DNA from: Psilocybe cubensis
Lineage: Eukaryota
Direction of reading: 5' to 3'
NCBI GenBank assembly: GCA_017499595.2
Contig: CM039010.1
Location: 558,001-622,000, forward strand
Length of the DNA stretch: 64,000 nt
Position numbers and translations under genes: made by a program. Every line of letters begins with the position of its first letter. Within the stretch, counting starts at the first letter, position 1. The notes below the pieces were generated by a model. That model was not told where the DNA came from, did no database searches, and saw nothing but the letters and a program-made list of their open reading frames with translations. This document shows positions 40,032 through 54,862 of this stretch, piece after piece.

Positions 40032-42524
40032 ATGTACGGCACCTCAACACTGGTGGTCGTATCATTAGTTGTGATCTATGCTACGCGAAAATTTTTAGCC
40101 TTTCGCGACGCTGTGCGCGCGATTCAGTATGTCTTTCGACACTTCACTTATGTCCCGAATTCTGAAACTACGTGTGCGCTTTCAGAGATCATCCAGGTCC
40201 CCGCCTTATTCTATCTCCTTTGATAGGAATGTTTCTACCAAAGATTAAATACTTTACTGCTGGAAGTAATCATGGATACGAAGACAAACATGAAAGTGAG
40301 TCTCAGTATGTGGCTGTCATCTCAATCCATTCTCCTACTACTACCCTCGTAGAATTCGCTGCTGCTGGGTGTGATGTATATGTCACCGTAAGCATTTCGA
40401 ACCAGTCTCGCATTTATTTGAAGCTATTCAACATCACCCAATTTATAGGTGCATGCTTTGCCAAACCCCCAAACGACTATTTACCTCGCGGATGCTGCAC
40501 TTATAAAAGTCAGTGACACCAATAAACAACCATTTTCTACATTCTCTAACAGGTTGACTACAGGAAGTCACAAACAATCGAGCTAAATTTCCGAAGCCTG
40601 TTCACCATTACGGGGTACTCTCATTCTACGGAGACAACATTGTGGCATCTGAAGGGGAACAATGGAAGAAGTATAGGAAAATAGCTGCTCCTGCGTTTTC
40701 TGAAGTAATTTCAACTTTCATAAACTCTCGGAGTTGATTGGACTCATTTTCGATGGCTTTTTAGCGCAATTATAGTCTTGTTTGGGATGAAACATTGGAC
40801 ATCGTAAGAGGCCTCTGCGATGATCACTGGAAAGGTCGCGAAACCGTCGAAGTTGACAATTTTGTGGATATTGCCTTAGCAGTAAAACCAATCTTAGAAT
40901 ATATTACTCAAAAGCTGACGTACTTTTTGTAGATGACTTTATATGTAATAAGCGGCGCTGGTGAGACCTTAAAGTATTATCCAGGACTTTTGGCTGACAT
41001 GATTGATAGGCTTTGGCAAGAAAATATCATGGAAAGACGACACTGAACTTCCAGAAGGACACCTCATGTCGTTTAAGGACTCAATGCGCGTCGTAACTGC
41101 AGATATAACACTTAAGATTGCCTGTCCCGATTGGATGATGAATTTCACAAAACGACTGCGTCGCGCTAAACTGGCGTTCAAAGAGCTGCGCGTAAGTCTG
41201 AAATCGAACGGTTTGAATTAGTGATTGAAGTTGTTTAAATCTAGGAATATATGGTAGAAATGATTGAAGAGCGTCAGAAGTCAGACAACACCAATCGCCA
41301 TGATCTTTTCACGGGTCTTTTGAGAGAAAATAAAAGCGTATTCGAATCTTCAATGCTGACGGACGATGAATTAATTGGTAAAACTTACCTTGCTGAGACT
41401 GGAAGGTGACTAACTAAAGCATTCTAGGAAATATCTACCTCTTTCTTGTTGCTGGTCATGAGGCACGCGGTAGCTTTGTATCACACTCTGGTTTGTTGCT
41501 AATTTCAATATGTAGACCACTGGACATACATTAGCGTTTACATTTGGTCTTCTTGCTTTGTATCCTGAGGCGCAAGACAAAGTTTTGGCAGAGATCCGGT
41601 CTATCGTGCCAGATGGAAAAGAACCTGTACGTACTTACTGCACTACTCAAGTCAGAATCCGACTCAAGAATTGGCTTGCGAACAGTCATACAGCGACATG
41701 AATCGGATGAGATATACTTTGGCGTATGTAGTACTATGTCTCTCTTTTAATCCCGAATGAGCGATGCTGACGTTTTCCGTAGTCTGTTGAACGAAAGCAT
41801 GAGGATGCATCCTGTCGTATGTCCAATCACCTCTGCCATTTCGTTCACAATCTCTGTAGCTAGTTTTCTGTAGATCACTCATATACCGAAGACACCATTT
41901 GAGGACACCACTCTCGTTACCACCAATGCCAACGGAGAGAAGGTAACAGTCCCTGTTCCTGCTGGAACAGACATAAACATCTTGACAGCTGGACTGCATT
42001 ATAATCGTAAGCATAGCGTTTTCTCTATATATCATCTGCTTACGATCAAACTTTGTAGCTCGATACTGGGATGACCCCCACACTTTCAAACCAGAACGTT
42101 TCCTGAAGGACTGGCCGCGCGATGCCTTTATGCCTTTTAGTGCCGGTACATATACAGAATATAGAATATCCCCGTACGCATGATACTAATGACATTTGAC
42201 CAGGCCCTCGAGCGTGTCTAGGGAGAAAGTATGTAACTACAAAACTCCTGAAATTTATTGAGCTAATTTCGCTATGACTTAGATTCTTTGAAACAGAAGC
42301 AATCGCCACAGTCGTCATGCTTGTGTCTCGGTACAAAATCACCGTGATGGAAGAGCCAAAATTTGCAGGCGAAACCTTTGAGCAGCGTAAAGCGAGAGTT
42401 ATGGCCTGCGATAGGTATATAACCACCGTGTAAGGACATTTCTTGGGATAGTATGGGTTGTGTTTACTAAACCTTACCCTGTAGGCCCACCAAGATTCCT
42501 CTTGTCTTTACTCGAAGGACATGA
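40032..42524 (+). CDS. Cytochrome P450 monooxygenase, 18 exons, intact (resembles CYP5141-type basidiomycete P450s; family tentative)
   Basis: N-terminal membrane anchor, WKKYRK, I-helix AGHETT (split by GC-AG intron 41463-41515), ESMR (ExxR), FKPERF, heme motif FSAGPRACLG. All exons join in frame. Confidence 0.95.
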
Positions 42525-43997
42525 CGTATTGCCCAGACCATTGAGTATCTTACGATATAGATTGGAAAGAGGGCAATAGTCGGATTGACCTTTTGGTTGG
42601 CGTTTTTGTTATATATTTATTTTGCTTCGCCTATCTACATTAAAGTTTCCCAAGTGGCAGGTCCCTTACCGCTTCGGGTGAATTTTTGCTGTACAAACCA
42701 TGTTAGTCTTGATATCCAAATACCAGCAAGCTTGTCGATGGATTGCCACCTAATATACCTGTTTTTCCTATGAGTAATGGGACAAACCTAGTACAGCGGC
42801 TGTGCAAGTTTAAAAATGCCATCATTATTTTAGGAGGCCAATTAATGCACTTGAGCTAGGCTGATGTCGGAGGATGTTAGGGTAACCTTTGGAGGAGAGC
42901 AAAGACTGGCGAAGTACGCATCTATCTTCGTATTTCAGTGTCTACCGAGAAAAGGCCCACCATCTTTGGATAACAGTGCAGTACACATCCAACTTCTTGT
43001 ACTGGAGTTGTCGTACTGGGGATTTTATATGAAGATACCGATATAACGGCTTCCTAGTTCTAGTGAGGTCTTAAGCTTTGTCTCCTTATTTCCTTATTAT
43101 TGAGCAAGGAATCTGTTTGTCTCCGCGCACATCAGCTGCGCTGGAAAGGTTTTCTACTTCTCTATTGTATTGGCAGGTTATTGTCCCTCCGGAAAACGTC
43201 ATACGAAGGATGTTATGGTCAGAAGGATCACAAATGCTCTGAAACTATGATACGTCTATTAATAGATATACATTGGTTAAACAGAATATCAACTCCGACC
43301 GAAATTCCAATCAAGGCTTGGCTTTCTGTTATCGCTTGTCTGCCTTGTCACTTGTCCTTTCCCTTGTCTGCCATCTAAAAACCTGCACTGGATTCACGAC
43401 TGGTCCCGGATACTCTCCTACGCTTTTTTGTCCTTCACGACATCGATATTTGCATCAATCAATCAAGAGCCATCTCGTCAGACGAGAAGAAAGACCAGAA
43501 ATATCGATGATGGGAGAAAGATGCATATTTTTGTGTTTGGAATGTGATGGTTGGTAGCAGATCACTGAAAAGGCCTGCAATTATCTGTATTATTTCCCTA
43601 CGTAGGATATTGATGGAGGTGCAGGTGAATTTAGGTAGCCGCCAAGCACGGTGTCAGACCCAAGACTGTGATACTTCATCTGCAGGTTGTCCAAATCGAG
43701 AGATTCGGATTCCAGATAGTTCTGAGATGGGGTGGGATAATTATGGGGGGAAGAGGGTTCGGGATAGTACTTGAAGCTGGACAGTTCCCATGAGGTGCCT
43801 CTCTCCTCCTGTTCCTTGCACACTGGACAAGAACACCCCTGATCTGACTTCATTGTATTGCTCCCCAGCGCACAGATTGTTTGCTTCTCCCGATTATCAG
43901 ATTGAGGCGTCTTCAAAGCTACAGTATTGAATATTGCTGAGACGTGTGGCTTTCATTGAATTCTATTGCCAAACGACGCTACATCACCAACGCTCAA

Positions 43998-44570
43998 ATG
44001 GCGGAAATGTCCCATCCTTATAGTGGTCATGCCAGCTACATCTATGCAAACGAGGTCAGCTTGAGTTTCAGTATAATTTCTCGTTGCGATATATACTTAT
44101 ATATGACTGAATGGGCAGTATTTATCCGAAGAAAATCTCCCGATTCCAAGGAGTTACTATCCACCTCAAACTGATTGGATACCTGTACCGCCTCCAGTTC
44201 CTGGGCATCGAGTTCCGGTATGCAGCTTCTAAGCTCATCGTTTTTGCAAGTTGCTGATAACATAATAGACTCGCTTTAGCTCCGTACCCCACCTTCCCTC
44301 TAAACTGAGGAGAAAGGGGACTTTTTCCTCCACTTCAACGTCCAGAGTAACCACGGAACTACCCCCTCCGATACTGCTACAATCTATACCAGCCTCCCCA
44401 ATCTACCAGTCTATGACAGTACGCTTTGACACTCCAGATCCTTATGTTATTCCATTCCGTAGACAAATCAAGGTGCGCTGTATCCGTCAATGATTCTATC
44501 AAAGAGATTGCTTATATTTTTCTCAGTCTATGAAACGTCGTATTCACCGACTCCGCACGAAGGTGTCTGA
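43998..44570 (+). other. Possible small spliced orphan gene or gene relic
   Basis: Four intron-like segments with good donors and acceptors separate short Pro/Ser/Thr-rich exons. The reading frame is ambiguous: one frame has an internal TAA, another stays open to TGA at 44568-44570. No recognisable domain. Confidence 0.3.
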
Positions 44571-45063
44571 TTTGCTCACTCCTAGCTGGGTCACATCTCC
44601 TCATCCACGGCTGTCTATGGCGAGATGAACTATATGCTGCATAATTTCCTGGCTATCTTGGATCAACATCTTCAATTAATATGCTACCAACAACATGAAC
44701 GGATTATAGAACAATAATTCTTACAGAGAGACATGTACACATAGGGAAACTAAATTGTATGAATTGGATTAACAAGGCTATGTAGGAATGACATTGGATG
44801 AGGCAGGCAGAGGACTGGATGATTGCCTATGATTGCCGACATGACCAGACCGCTGATAAGACCAAAAGGGGTGATGTTCATTTGAAGCTCCGATTGAAAC
44901 TGTGGGAAATGTGGGAAATTGGGACGACGTGGTTGGTCGACGAGGCGAACGACGAGCAGCTCACCTTTTCTTTTTATTCCATACCCTTTCCACTCTGCGG
45001 GCTCGCCGCCCTCAACGAAGAGCATCCTAATTTTATCAGACTACAATATAGAGCGGTGCTGCC

Positions 45064-47942
45064 ATGTTGCGCATCGTTTCCAGCGTGTCGCGGCCTTCGT
45101 CGACGGGATTACTCGGAAAGGTCACCGTCTCAGCACACGCCCCACATAGCAGTTCGTGTCTTTTGGAGCGTATTGGGCATGCAGAATCTGAACGGGGAAT
45201 CTGTAAACTAGGTCGTAGGGCTATTTCTTCGACGCCAATCCGCGCGGCCGATATTACTTTGACGGTAGACGGGAAGGAGGTTACGGTTCCACAAGGTGCG
45301 CCCAATTTTGTAACGTCGAGATACATCCATTTCTAATGGGCGTTCACCAAGGCTCTGCGTTGATTCAAGCCTGTGAGGCTGCTGGCGCGACGATACCTAG
45401 GTACGCTGGTCTTTTTCGTTCATTTCTGAAACCTATGTACCAACCGAACTTTAGATTTTGTTACCATGATAGGTATGCTCCTGGACTATGTTCCAGGGAA
45501 TACCGTGAGCTCATTTCCATTCTTTCATTGCCTGAAGATTAGCTATTGCTGGTAATTGTCGGTGAGTAGAGTTTTCTTGAGTAAGCGCCGAACCGGTCAT
45601 TTCTAACTCTGCTCGAAATAGTATGTGTCTTGTTGAAGTAGAGAGGTCCCCCAAACCAGTAGCTTCATGGTGCGTGTTGCTGCCAAATCTATTGTGATGT
45701 TTTAACTCACGTTTTTGACAGTGCTATGCCTGCCATGCCTGGATCAAAAGTTTTCACCAACACACCTTTGGTTCATGAAGCTAGGTAAGGTTTCCACTTT
45801 TAAGCTTCGTTCTTTCATACATACATATACGTCCCAAATTCGACTGTATCTGCGCAGATATGGCATCATCCAACACCCTTTTAACCATTTAGCCGTCATA
45901 TGTACTCATCGTTTCCTTTCCCTCCAGAGAGGGTGTCATGGAATTCCTACTTGCCAACCATCCTCTAGACTGCCCCATTTGCGATCAGGGTGGTGAATGC
46001 GATCTGCAAGACCAGTCTATGCGTTATGGTTCAGATCGTACTCGGTTCCACGAAATTACTGGCAAACGCGCAGTAGAAAACAAAGACCTGGGTCCGCTCG
46101 TCAAAACCTCAATGAACCGTTGCATTCAATGTACACGATGCGTACGCTTTGCCAATGAGGTCGCCGGAGTGGAGGAGCTTGGAACGACGGGTCGTGGGAA
46201 TGACATGCAGATTGGCACATATGTGGAGAAGACAATGGACTCTGAATTGTCGGGTAACATTGTCGACCTGTGCCCCGTCGGTGCGCTTACAAGCAAGCCG
46301 TATGCTTACCATGCTCGCCCATGGGAGTTGAAGAACACGGAGTCAGTGGACGTTATGGATGCTGTTGGTTCAAATATTCGAATCGATTCGCGGGGTGTTC
46401 AGGTCATGCGTATCCAGCCCAAGACCAATGACGATGTTAACGAGGAGTGGATCAGTGACAAAACGCGTTACGCTTATGATGGATTAAAATTCCAGCGGTT
46501 GACCACGCCTTTGATTAAACAGGGCGATAGATTCGTCGCTACTTCATGGGAAGATGCCCTTTCCGCCATTGCCAACGGTCTTGCCGCGTCTGGTGCCAAG
46601 GGGGATGAAATCCAGGCGATTGCTGGACATTTGGCCGACACTGAGACTATGGTTGTTCTCAAGGATCTCATTAACCGCCTTGGCTCGGACAACCTCGCTC
46701 TCGACCAACCCGGAGGCACCGCCACCCCCGCCCACGGTGTTGACATCAGATCAAATTACCTTTTCAACTCGACAATTCCTGGCGTCGAGCAGGCTGATGC
46801 TATTCTGCTTGTTGGCACCAACCCACGACATGAGGCCGCCGTTCTCAACTCTCGTATCCGGAAGAGCTGGCTGCACACTAGCCTCGAAGTTGGTTTGATC
46901 GGCGAGCGGGCAGACACCGCTTATGGCTACGAGTTCCTCGGGGAGGACGCGAAGGCGTTGAGCGATTTCGTTGCTGGCAAAGGACCGTTCGCCCAGAAAT
47001 TCAAGGATGCTAAGCGCCCTCTCATCATCGTTGGAAGTGCCCTGGCTGAGCATCCGGATGGCAAGGCAATGTACAACGACCTGGCTAAGTTCGTTGAGAA
47101 GAACAAGGACAAATTGGTTACGCCCCAATGGAATGGCTTCAGCGTTCTCCAGCGGGTACGTGGCATCGTTTCGACCATTTGTATATAGTTACGTGCTGAC
47201 TTTGTGTTACTTTCGCATAGGTGGCTTCTCGTCCTGCTGCCTACGAAATTGGCTTTGTTCCTTCAGCTAAGGCTTCAAAAACGAAACCCAAATTTGTTTA
47301 CCTCCTCAACGCCGACGAAGTCGACCCCAAGTCAATTCCTCAGGATGCCTTCGTAGTGTACCAAGGACACCACGGTGACCTTGGTGCTCAGCTCGCCGAC
47401 GTCTGCCTGCCTGGATCAGCATACACTGAGAAAGGCACGACATGGGTCAACACCGAAGGACGCGCTCAGATGGGACGGGCTGCCGTATCGTCGCCCGGTG
47501 CATCAAGAGAGGACTGGAAGATCGTCCGCGCTCTTTCCGAAGTTATTGGCTCTCCTCTTCCCTACGATGATGTGCTGGAAGTGCGGGACCGCATGTGGGA
47601 GATCTCACCGTCCCTCGTGCGGTATGATGTCACAGAACCGACGTCAGTTGACATCGCTCTTGCTGGTCTGAAGACTCTTGTTGCGCAGACAAACGGTGCC
47701 AAGGCCACTGGTGCTCCTCTACGCAAACCCATTTCCAACTTCTACCAGACGGATCCTATATCAAGAGCGTGAGTATATTTTTCTGCGGCATAGCCTTTTC
47801 TACTGGTGTGATAGCATTTGCTGATACATTTTTTCTTTCTTGTAGGTCTGTGACGATGGCACAATGTACTCGTGCATTTGTAAAGGGTGAAAATTACGGC
47901 TTCAGTGAAGTAGGCAAAGCCTCTCAATCTGCTTTCGCGTGA
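45064..47942 (+). CDS. NDUFS1: NADH:ubiquinone oxidoreductase 75/78-kDa Fe-S subunit (mitochondrial complex I)
   Basis: Mitochondrial presequence; [22 protein letters not shown] assembled from micro-exons; HPLDCPICDQGGECDLQDQ; RCIQCTRCVRF; CPVGALTSK; FYQTDPISRAS. Confidence 0.97.
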
Positions 47943-48199
47943 ACTATTTGTATTTAGAGAAATTCATCCATTCCGTCAAAAGCTGCATTTTCCATTTTCA
48001 TTCCTCGTTACGATTATTTACTTGATACTAAAGGGATTCAGAAGAGAATCGTTTATAAACTTCAGGCGTAAGAAAAGCGTTCAACAACAAATCAAATAAC
48101 GCGACTAATGATATATATGTATATACATTGATTAGATACAATTGATGCTGACCATAAGCTATATAAATCGTAGCATTTTGGAAGGTAATTTTCGGTGTA

Positions 48200-51100
48200 T
48201 TAATCCTTTGTCTTCTTGGTCTTGTCTGCCGCCTTTTTGACATATTTCGAGACAGCTGCCAGATGTCTATGTGTTCGTATCCGCACCAAATAGGTTAACA
48301 GGTAAACAAGGAACAGCTAATCGTGATGAAAAGGACATGATGAGCAATCAGGCTGCACCGTCAAATAACCTCACGGAGGGCTCACATTGAATATAATGTA
48401 AGCACAGAAAATACCGAAGTCTCGCCAATGGTGGCGGTAATAAATGTTGAATGTTGGACCCATCCACTCGTCCGTCGTTCTACTTGGGCAAAATTGGCAC
48501 CCAGAGGAAGCATCCGAGTTGGTGAGGTATCCACCTCGGTTCGATAAGTACTGGGCCATGAACTGGCCGCAGGTCTGGCCCGAAGGGGGCTGGAGGGTGA
48601 GAAACTCCTTCTCAGAGCAATTTATCAGTTGGCCTCCAACCGCTGGAAGATGTGTCAGCCCCAGTAGTGAGGAGGTAAAAGGCAAAAAATGGTACCTTGT
48701 CCTAAAATCGCCTCAATCAAATATGTATATGGAGAGACATGGTACATCCATTTCCACCATCCCAATTGACCAAATGGCTGTACGACTCCGTCGCTATTTA
48801 AGGCAAAAGAAAAAAATTAGGCAAACTGGATTAGTCACATTATAAGGAATTTAGGGGCTTACAATGTGAAGATGAAAGCAAACATGAACGAGTACATGAG
48901 CCCAGCTATTTCGGCAGTTGGGCTCATAGACGCAATGGCCAAAGCCGCAGTGGTATAGTAAATGGGGAAACAAACTCCGTACATCAGATACGTGAAGCCG
49001 CCCCTGGAACTTTCAAAGCCGACAGTCCAGTACCAGCAAAAGAAAAACAAGGTTGCGCCCAAAATATTCCATGGGAGTTCCAAAGCTATTTGAGAGGTTG
49101 TTAAAGCCGACCAGTGATACATCCTGCTTGCGCGCTCTCGGATTTCATAGATATTTCGCATCTTCCACAAAGCATAAGCAAACATTCTCCTAGAAATGGC
49201 ATATTGTATACCTTGATATGAGGCACATGGAGTTGTTGTCCTAGAGGAGCGCTCTAACAATAACGGTTACTAAATATATGGATGTAAAGCCGATTCCAAT
49301 ACCTACAAGAATTGTTCCCATAAAAATTGCCTATACAATATATTAAACAGGTTACGATGTCACCAAGAAAATGAAACATACGAAGAGTTTGTTCTGACTC
49401 CCTTGTATGGAGTCTTTCGCTTTGAAAAACGTGAAGCCTATGAAAAGCCCTCCAATGATATTCAGGCTAAGTTTCGACATAAGATACGTCGGGTCGCGCC
49501 AATATGCCAAATGCTGTCTCAAAAGGAGCATCCGAGTTTGATAAAACCAGGGCGAAGCAAATTGTGTTTTTAGTGTTTCGTCGACTGGTGGATGTTTGCG
49601 TCCTTCTTCGTGTATGTTTTCAATATCTTTCTTTGCCACTTCTGATTCAGCAGAATGCAACCAGACATCATGCCAGTCTCTATCGCTGACGGCAGTCGCT
49701 CCTGCTCCTATCACGTCTAGCATATACTCCGCTCTACAATCAACTCAGTAGTGAAAACAAGCTAGAGTTAAAGATATGCTGACGGGTTCTCTCCTGGACC
49801 ACATTTTCTTGCACCTCCTTTCTCAAAATAATTGATGATGTTTTGTGAATTTTTCCCGACATCGCCAAAATAGACAGTCTGACCTCCTTTTCGAAGAAGG
49901 AGCAGACGATCGAAAACCTAGATTCAATGACATTCAGGATAATCGTGAAGTTTTAAAAATCTAAAAAACATACAGAGAAGAGTTCGGCTGACGGCTGAAC
50001 GATTGAATGATAAATTTAAATATGACGTAAGAGAAAAAAGAACTGGCCTGATGAATTCTATAGATATAATTCATCAGTAACCCTGACTATATGATAATAT
50101 ATGATAAATGATTTACTAACGTGCACAATATGGCTTGTCCGTTATCGGCCAAGGATCGAAGGAACGACATAATGGCCCATGCACTTTGAGAATCCAATCC
50201 AGATGTGGGCTCGTCAAGGAAAAGCAGAAGTTGAGGCTAGGTAAAAAGTAAGCGGTGTGTTACGCGCGCTACTGAAATAGCACACCTTAGCAGCCAATTC
50301 TACGCCAATAGTTGTTCGTTTTTTCTGTTCGACACCAAGCGTGCCTACCATAGCATCGGCAAACGCCTCCAGGCCGCACATATGTAAACATTTTTCCGCA
50401 CTAGCAAATATAATTCAGATTAACAGGAGAATTTTAAATGATAAGTCAAATCACATACTAGGCATCCTTTTCAGACGTTGGGACCGAAAATGGTTGGCGT
50501 AGCCGAGCAGAGAACCTTAGGGCCTCTCTGACAGTAGTCGTGGGCACATGTGTGTCAGTTTGTTGGCAATATCCGGTTTGAGCTTGAAAGTCGCTAGGAA
50601 GCCTCTGTCCGTTGAAAAGCCGTTCGCCAGTTACGATACCAGCGTCTTCACGTTCAGCGAGAACATTAAGTAGCGTAGTCTTGAAATGACAACATGAGCG
50701 GCAGCACTGAAACATAAAACCCCATTAAAATTCACCTTGCCAGCCCCAGATTCTCCCATCAGCGCGGTCAGTTTTCCGGGGGCCACATACCCTGATACGT
50801 CATCCAACAATTGGCGACTTTCTCCTGAAACTACAACGCTGTAATTGATATGTTGCCACGAGAATGTGTTGATCATTTTTGGCTGATCGTGCATCGCAAC
50901 CTTGGATTTTTCAGCGTCTTCCGAAGATGTTTCTGATCCAACTGGTGTAGAACCAGCCTGACCCTTTTCTTCGTCGCCAGCTACTTCTGCTTGAGCTTCT
51001 TTCAGAACCTGGGCATTGGAGCCACCTTTAAACAATAGAACAGAGCTATCCCCTCCATGGCCCGTGTTAAATTCGGAAAAGAAGAGATACCAGAGCAGGA

Positions 51101-54064
51101 AGAAGATGCCAAATGCGATAACGATGCCAAAATTCTGAAAGACTATTAGCGTTCATCACGGCAAGGAAGAACAGTTACATACTCTCCAAAGGTGTCTATA
51201 GGAATACCCAAATGATAGGTCCAAATAGCGTGCACCGTCAACCCTTTCTTCACCAGGTTGAGAGCCAACCACCGTACATACTTGGTTGTTCAAAGAAATT
51301 CCTTCGTAACCCGGTCCAGAAGGGACGAGGGTGGAACAAATTCCATCGAGAGTGTGGAACTCATTCACAATGATCCCTTCAAACGCGTAGAATATGGGCT
51401 TAAATGTGTTCCGTTAGATGGTTCGGATTAAGTACATACACTTAAACTCACATTGATGTACGAAATCCAACGTAGAGCCCCTATCATGCTGGGGCGTGGT
51501 ATCTGATAGCCGGTATAGAGAGACAACGCTAAGAGAAGAACGCCTGCTACAGCTTGTGCAGGTGCCTCCTTGGGGAAAGCCGATGCCAATCCTCGAAAGA
51601 ATGCCTTCATTGCGAGAGCCACAACCATAACGAATACAAAGAATATGCTGATTTTTTCAACCAATCAGCGAACCAGAAAACAACAGCGGTAATCAGCCAA
51701 CTCACAAAAATTGGGAGGCGGTTTGCTGAAGTTTGACGACAAAATAGATGATAACTGTGTATATGATTATAGTAATCAGGGTGAAAGGGACGTCCACTAG
51801 GGTCATAGCCAGCGCTTCCACCATAGGGTGATACATCGCCGCCTTTTTATGTCGAAGGATGATAGGCCGCTGAGCAAAAAGTGCAGGAATCTCCGACATA
51901 CTAAACAAGGCGGGGATAAAGACGGCGCTGTTTGTTTTAGTCATAAGTTCTCTCGCCTGTAAAAGAGAGGTACACAGAAGTCTCACAAAAAAAGAACACC
52001 GCCTCGTGAAAAGTAGGCCGACGTAGCATCTGGAATTTTGACGAAAGTCGTACCGACGATTACTGCTTGTAGTACAAAAGACCTATTTTGTCTTGAGTCA
52101 ATAAAAATAATTAACAGAGGAAAACTCACGTAGTAGACAACGCCTGTGCTGTGTAATTTCCCTTCATGATTTGCATGCGGCGGACCATGACAATCCTGGC
52201 TTGCATCGGGATTGAGATAGTGTAAGGACTCTGAGAGAACTCGGTTAACCTAAAACATCCAGAGGCCAAAGAAATATCCTACTTTATGTCGAGTATGCTG
52301 CGCATGTTCGGCCTTGGCACTTTCTTTGAATGCGTCGACCTTCTCCTGCTTGCTAACATTATCTCGCTTGTAGTCTTCGATATCCTTCCGATTGATATTC
52401 CAAATGTCAGAATTCCTGTAACATTCTTCAAAGTCTGCAGCTGTCTGGGGCACAGGCCGACCTTTGTACTCGGAAGGCCTGGTGTCATTATCTTTGGTAA
52501 CAGCGGTTCTTCCAAGGGGGTCGGTCACCGAGACAAGAAAATCCGGCGTTGTCTGTCTATCAGCTGGAACGTAGCCCATGTTGATAAAGTACTGTCGGGC
52601 CAAGTTTGCTGGGCCATAGTACACCATTTTTCCTTCATAAATTAAACAAACTTTGTCAAAAATCTCGAAGAGAGATTCCCCTGCTTGGTATATAGAAACG
52701 ATAGTGGAATCCTTGCTAAGGTCAGTTGCTATTCGTAGGGCCCGAGCGAATTCAAGAGCAGTACTGGAATCAAGGCCACGAGTCGAGCTACAAAGGGGGA
52801 CGAGTGGTCAGGCTAGGATGAAAGCAGATCCGCGGAGCTGTTACATACTTGTCCCAAGAAGTGATAAGGCTTCGCGTGGCAAGAGTCTCGCTTATTCTAA
52901 ATGATATTCAGACACGAAAAACGGTACAAGAGACATGCAATGGCCTACGAAACACGCTTTTTCTCGCCCCCACTGATACCACGAATGGAGGCATCGCCCA
53001 CTTGCGTGTTCTGCACATGCTTGAGCCCAAACAGGGTTGACAACACATCCATAAATTCATGAATGTAATTGGTCCTGGTTTGATTAGCAATACGCGACTG
53101 AGGGGCGCGCGTACTGGCGGCGAAATGAATGGTCTGCGCGACAGTGAGGGTCGCAAAATGCAAATCATCCTCGGGGCAATATTGGACGTCGCCTCGATAT
53201 GTCTTCGCTACTTGCTGAGGCGTAAGTGAGTCGTAGTGCATTTCGCCCTCGACGGAATGATATTCCTTTCGCTGATTGGCGAGGACCTTCAGGAATGTAC
53301 TGCATCCTGAACCTGGTCGACCAAGAACAACTGCAAAAGGACTCCATAAAAACGATGTAAGCTGAGGAAGAGCTAATTATACTCACGGAGCATTTCACCT
53401 GGGCGCACGACACCGTGAAATCCTGCGATTATGTCACGTAAAGCTGGGTGACGAGCAGATAGTATGCCCTTTACGATATTGACAGGATTGAGAAGGCCTC
53501 CTAGCGTTGGCTGTATGCTCGCAGAAGATCCCATTCCAACAACACGAAGATTATCAAACGATACGCCAAGTGTCCGTGATTTGATGTCAGATTCGTCTTG
53601 CCTGGGTAATGAAGGTATCTGGTAAGAAGTATGCTGGATATGTAGCGAGTAAAAGTGCACTTTTTCATGTATTCAGCTAAAACCTTTTCGAAGTCGAATC
53701 TACCTTCTTCTGACGCTCCTGCCTTCTCTCTTTCTCCTACCCGTCCATCCGGAGAGACATCAGAGGTACGAGAGGCAGCTCGGAAAGAGCTTGTTTGGCT
53801 CAACGTCCGAGAAAGCTGGAGAACTCCTTGAGGGTCGAAGTAATCAAAAGATACATGAGAATGTGGGTTTCTCAGCACACCAGGTCGTGACTTGTTCTCG
53901 ACTGCAGGTGGCGCCTGGAATGATAGGGACTGGAAATCTCGTTCATGCTTCTCTCCTGCTGGACTCGGTGTAGGATGGATAAGAGGTTTGGTAAAGGATA
54001 TCGACTCTTGTTTGATCTCCGGTGAGCTGGTGGAAGTAATGTTGGAGTTCGAATTGGTAGCCAT
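48200..54064 (-). CDS. Pleiotropic drug resistance (ABCG/PDR) full-size ABC transporter
   Basis: NBD1 has [20 protein letters not shown] and WDNSTRGLDS. NBD2 has [30 protein letters not shown] and [10 protein letters not shown]. Two transmembrane domains with PDR extracellular Cys loops. Confidence 0.96.
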
Positions 54065-54862
54065 GTGCAAAAGAAGATGATGCTACTACCTGAAGTGGGA
54101 TTCAAAGGTGAATGCGGTCTGGTCACCAATGATATATAGCCCGGCCACAACTTACAAAGCCAGGCTTATTCCAATGGTCCTGCAGCGGACTGCTGAAAGC
54201 TTCGGCTCGATCTGCGCAACAGATCAACGTCAGACATTGACTAATCCTCAAGGCTCCACATTTGTGGTTTGCAGATCCATCTTTGGTAGGACGACATAAA
54301 TCATAAGACTCCGAGACGCCAATGTGGACATAACTCTTATGACACATTCTCGGAAGTCGTAAAGCGCGTTGCAGAGTCTCGGGAAGCGGGTGCGTCTAGA
54401 TAATTGTCGGGATGTAAGCGTCTCTGGCAGTGTAATCCAAGTCTTCGCCATCTTGATCCCCCTGATATTTGTAAATGACATCAGAAACAATGGAGTCGCA
54501 GAAAAAAAGATAAACTGTTTGCATTCAAGAAGTTGCTGTGAGTGAGTGAGTAGCAGGAATGAGAAGTAAAACGTTGATACAAAACTGATGAAGAAAGGAT
54601 GAAAAGTGCAACTTTTGCCCTTCGCGATCAGGTGATCCCGCGTAATGCATGGAATATTATTGAATGTAAAATTAGATTCATAGGGAGTACACTAATGAGA
54701 TCTTGAAAGGGATAGAAGGAACTAATCCTGTCCGTTAAGAATTTTGAAGCTTATATTAGGGAGCGTTATCGGGGAGAAAGGAGAGCAGGAACAAGGGAAG
54801 GTAAGCTGATGTCAGATGGCGACTGACTTCGAATACCCCATCCTAGGCAATTTGTTTGAATT

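Noticed and set aside
43441..43509. 11-bp inverted repeat CATCGATATTT / AAATATCGATG
   Set aside because: Short, with no TSD and no extension; compatible with chance.
2970..54064. Possible secondary-metabolite cluster (esterase, monooxygenases, AMP-binding enzyme, P450, ABC transporter)
   Set aside because: There is no PKS, NRPS, terpene synthase, prenyltransferase or RiPP precursor in the window. The AMP-binding enzyme is ordinary acetyl-CoA synthetase, and the genes are interleaved with housekeeping loci.
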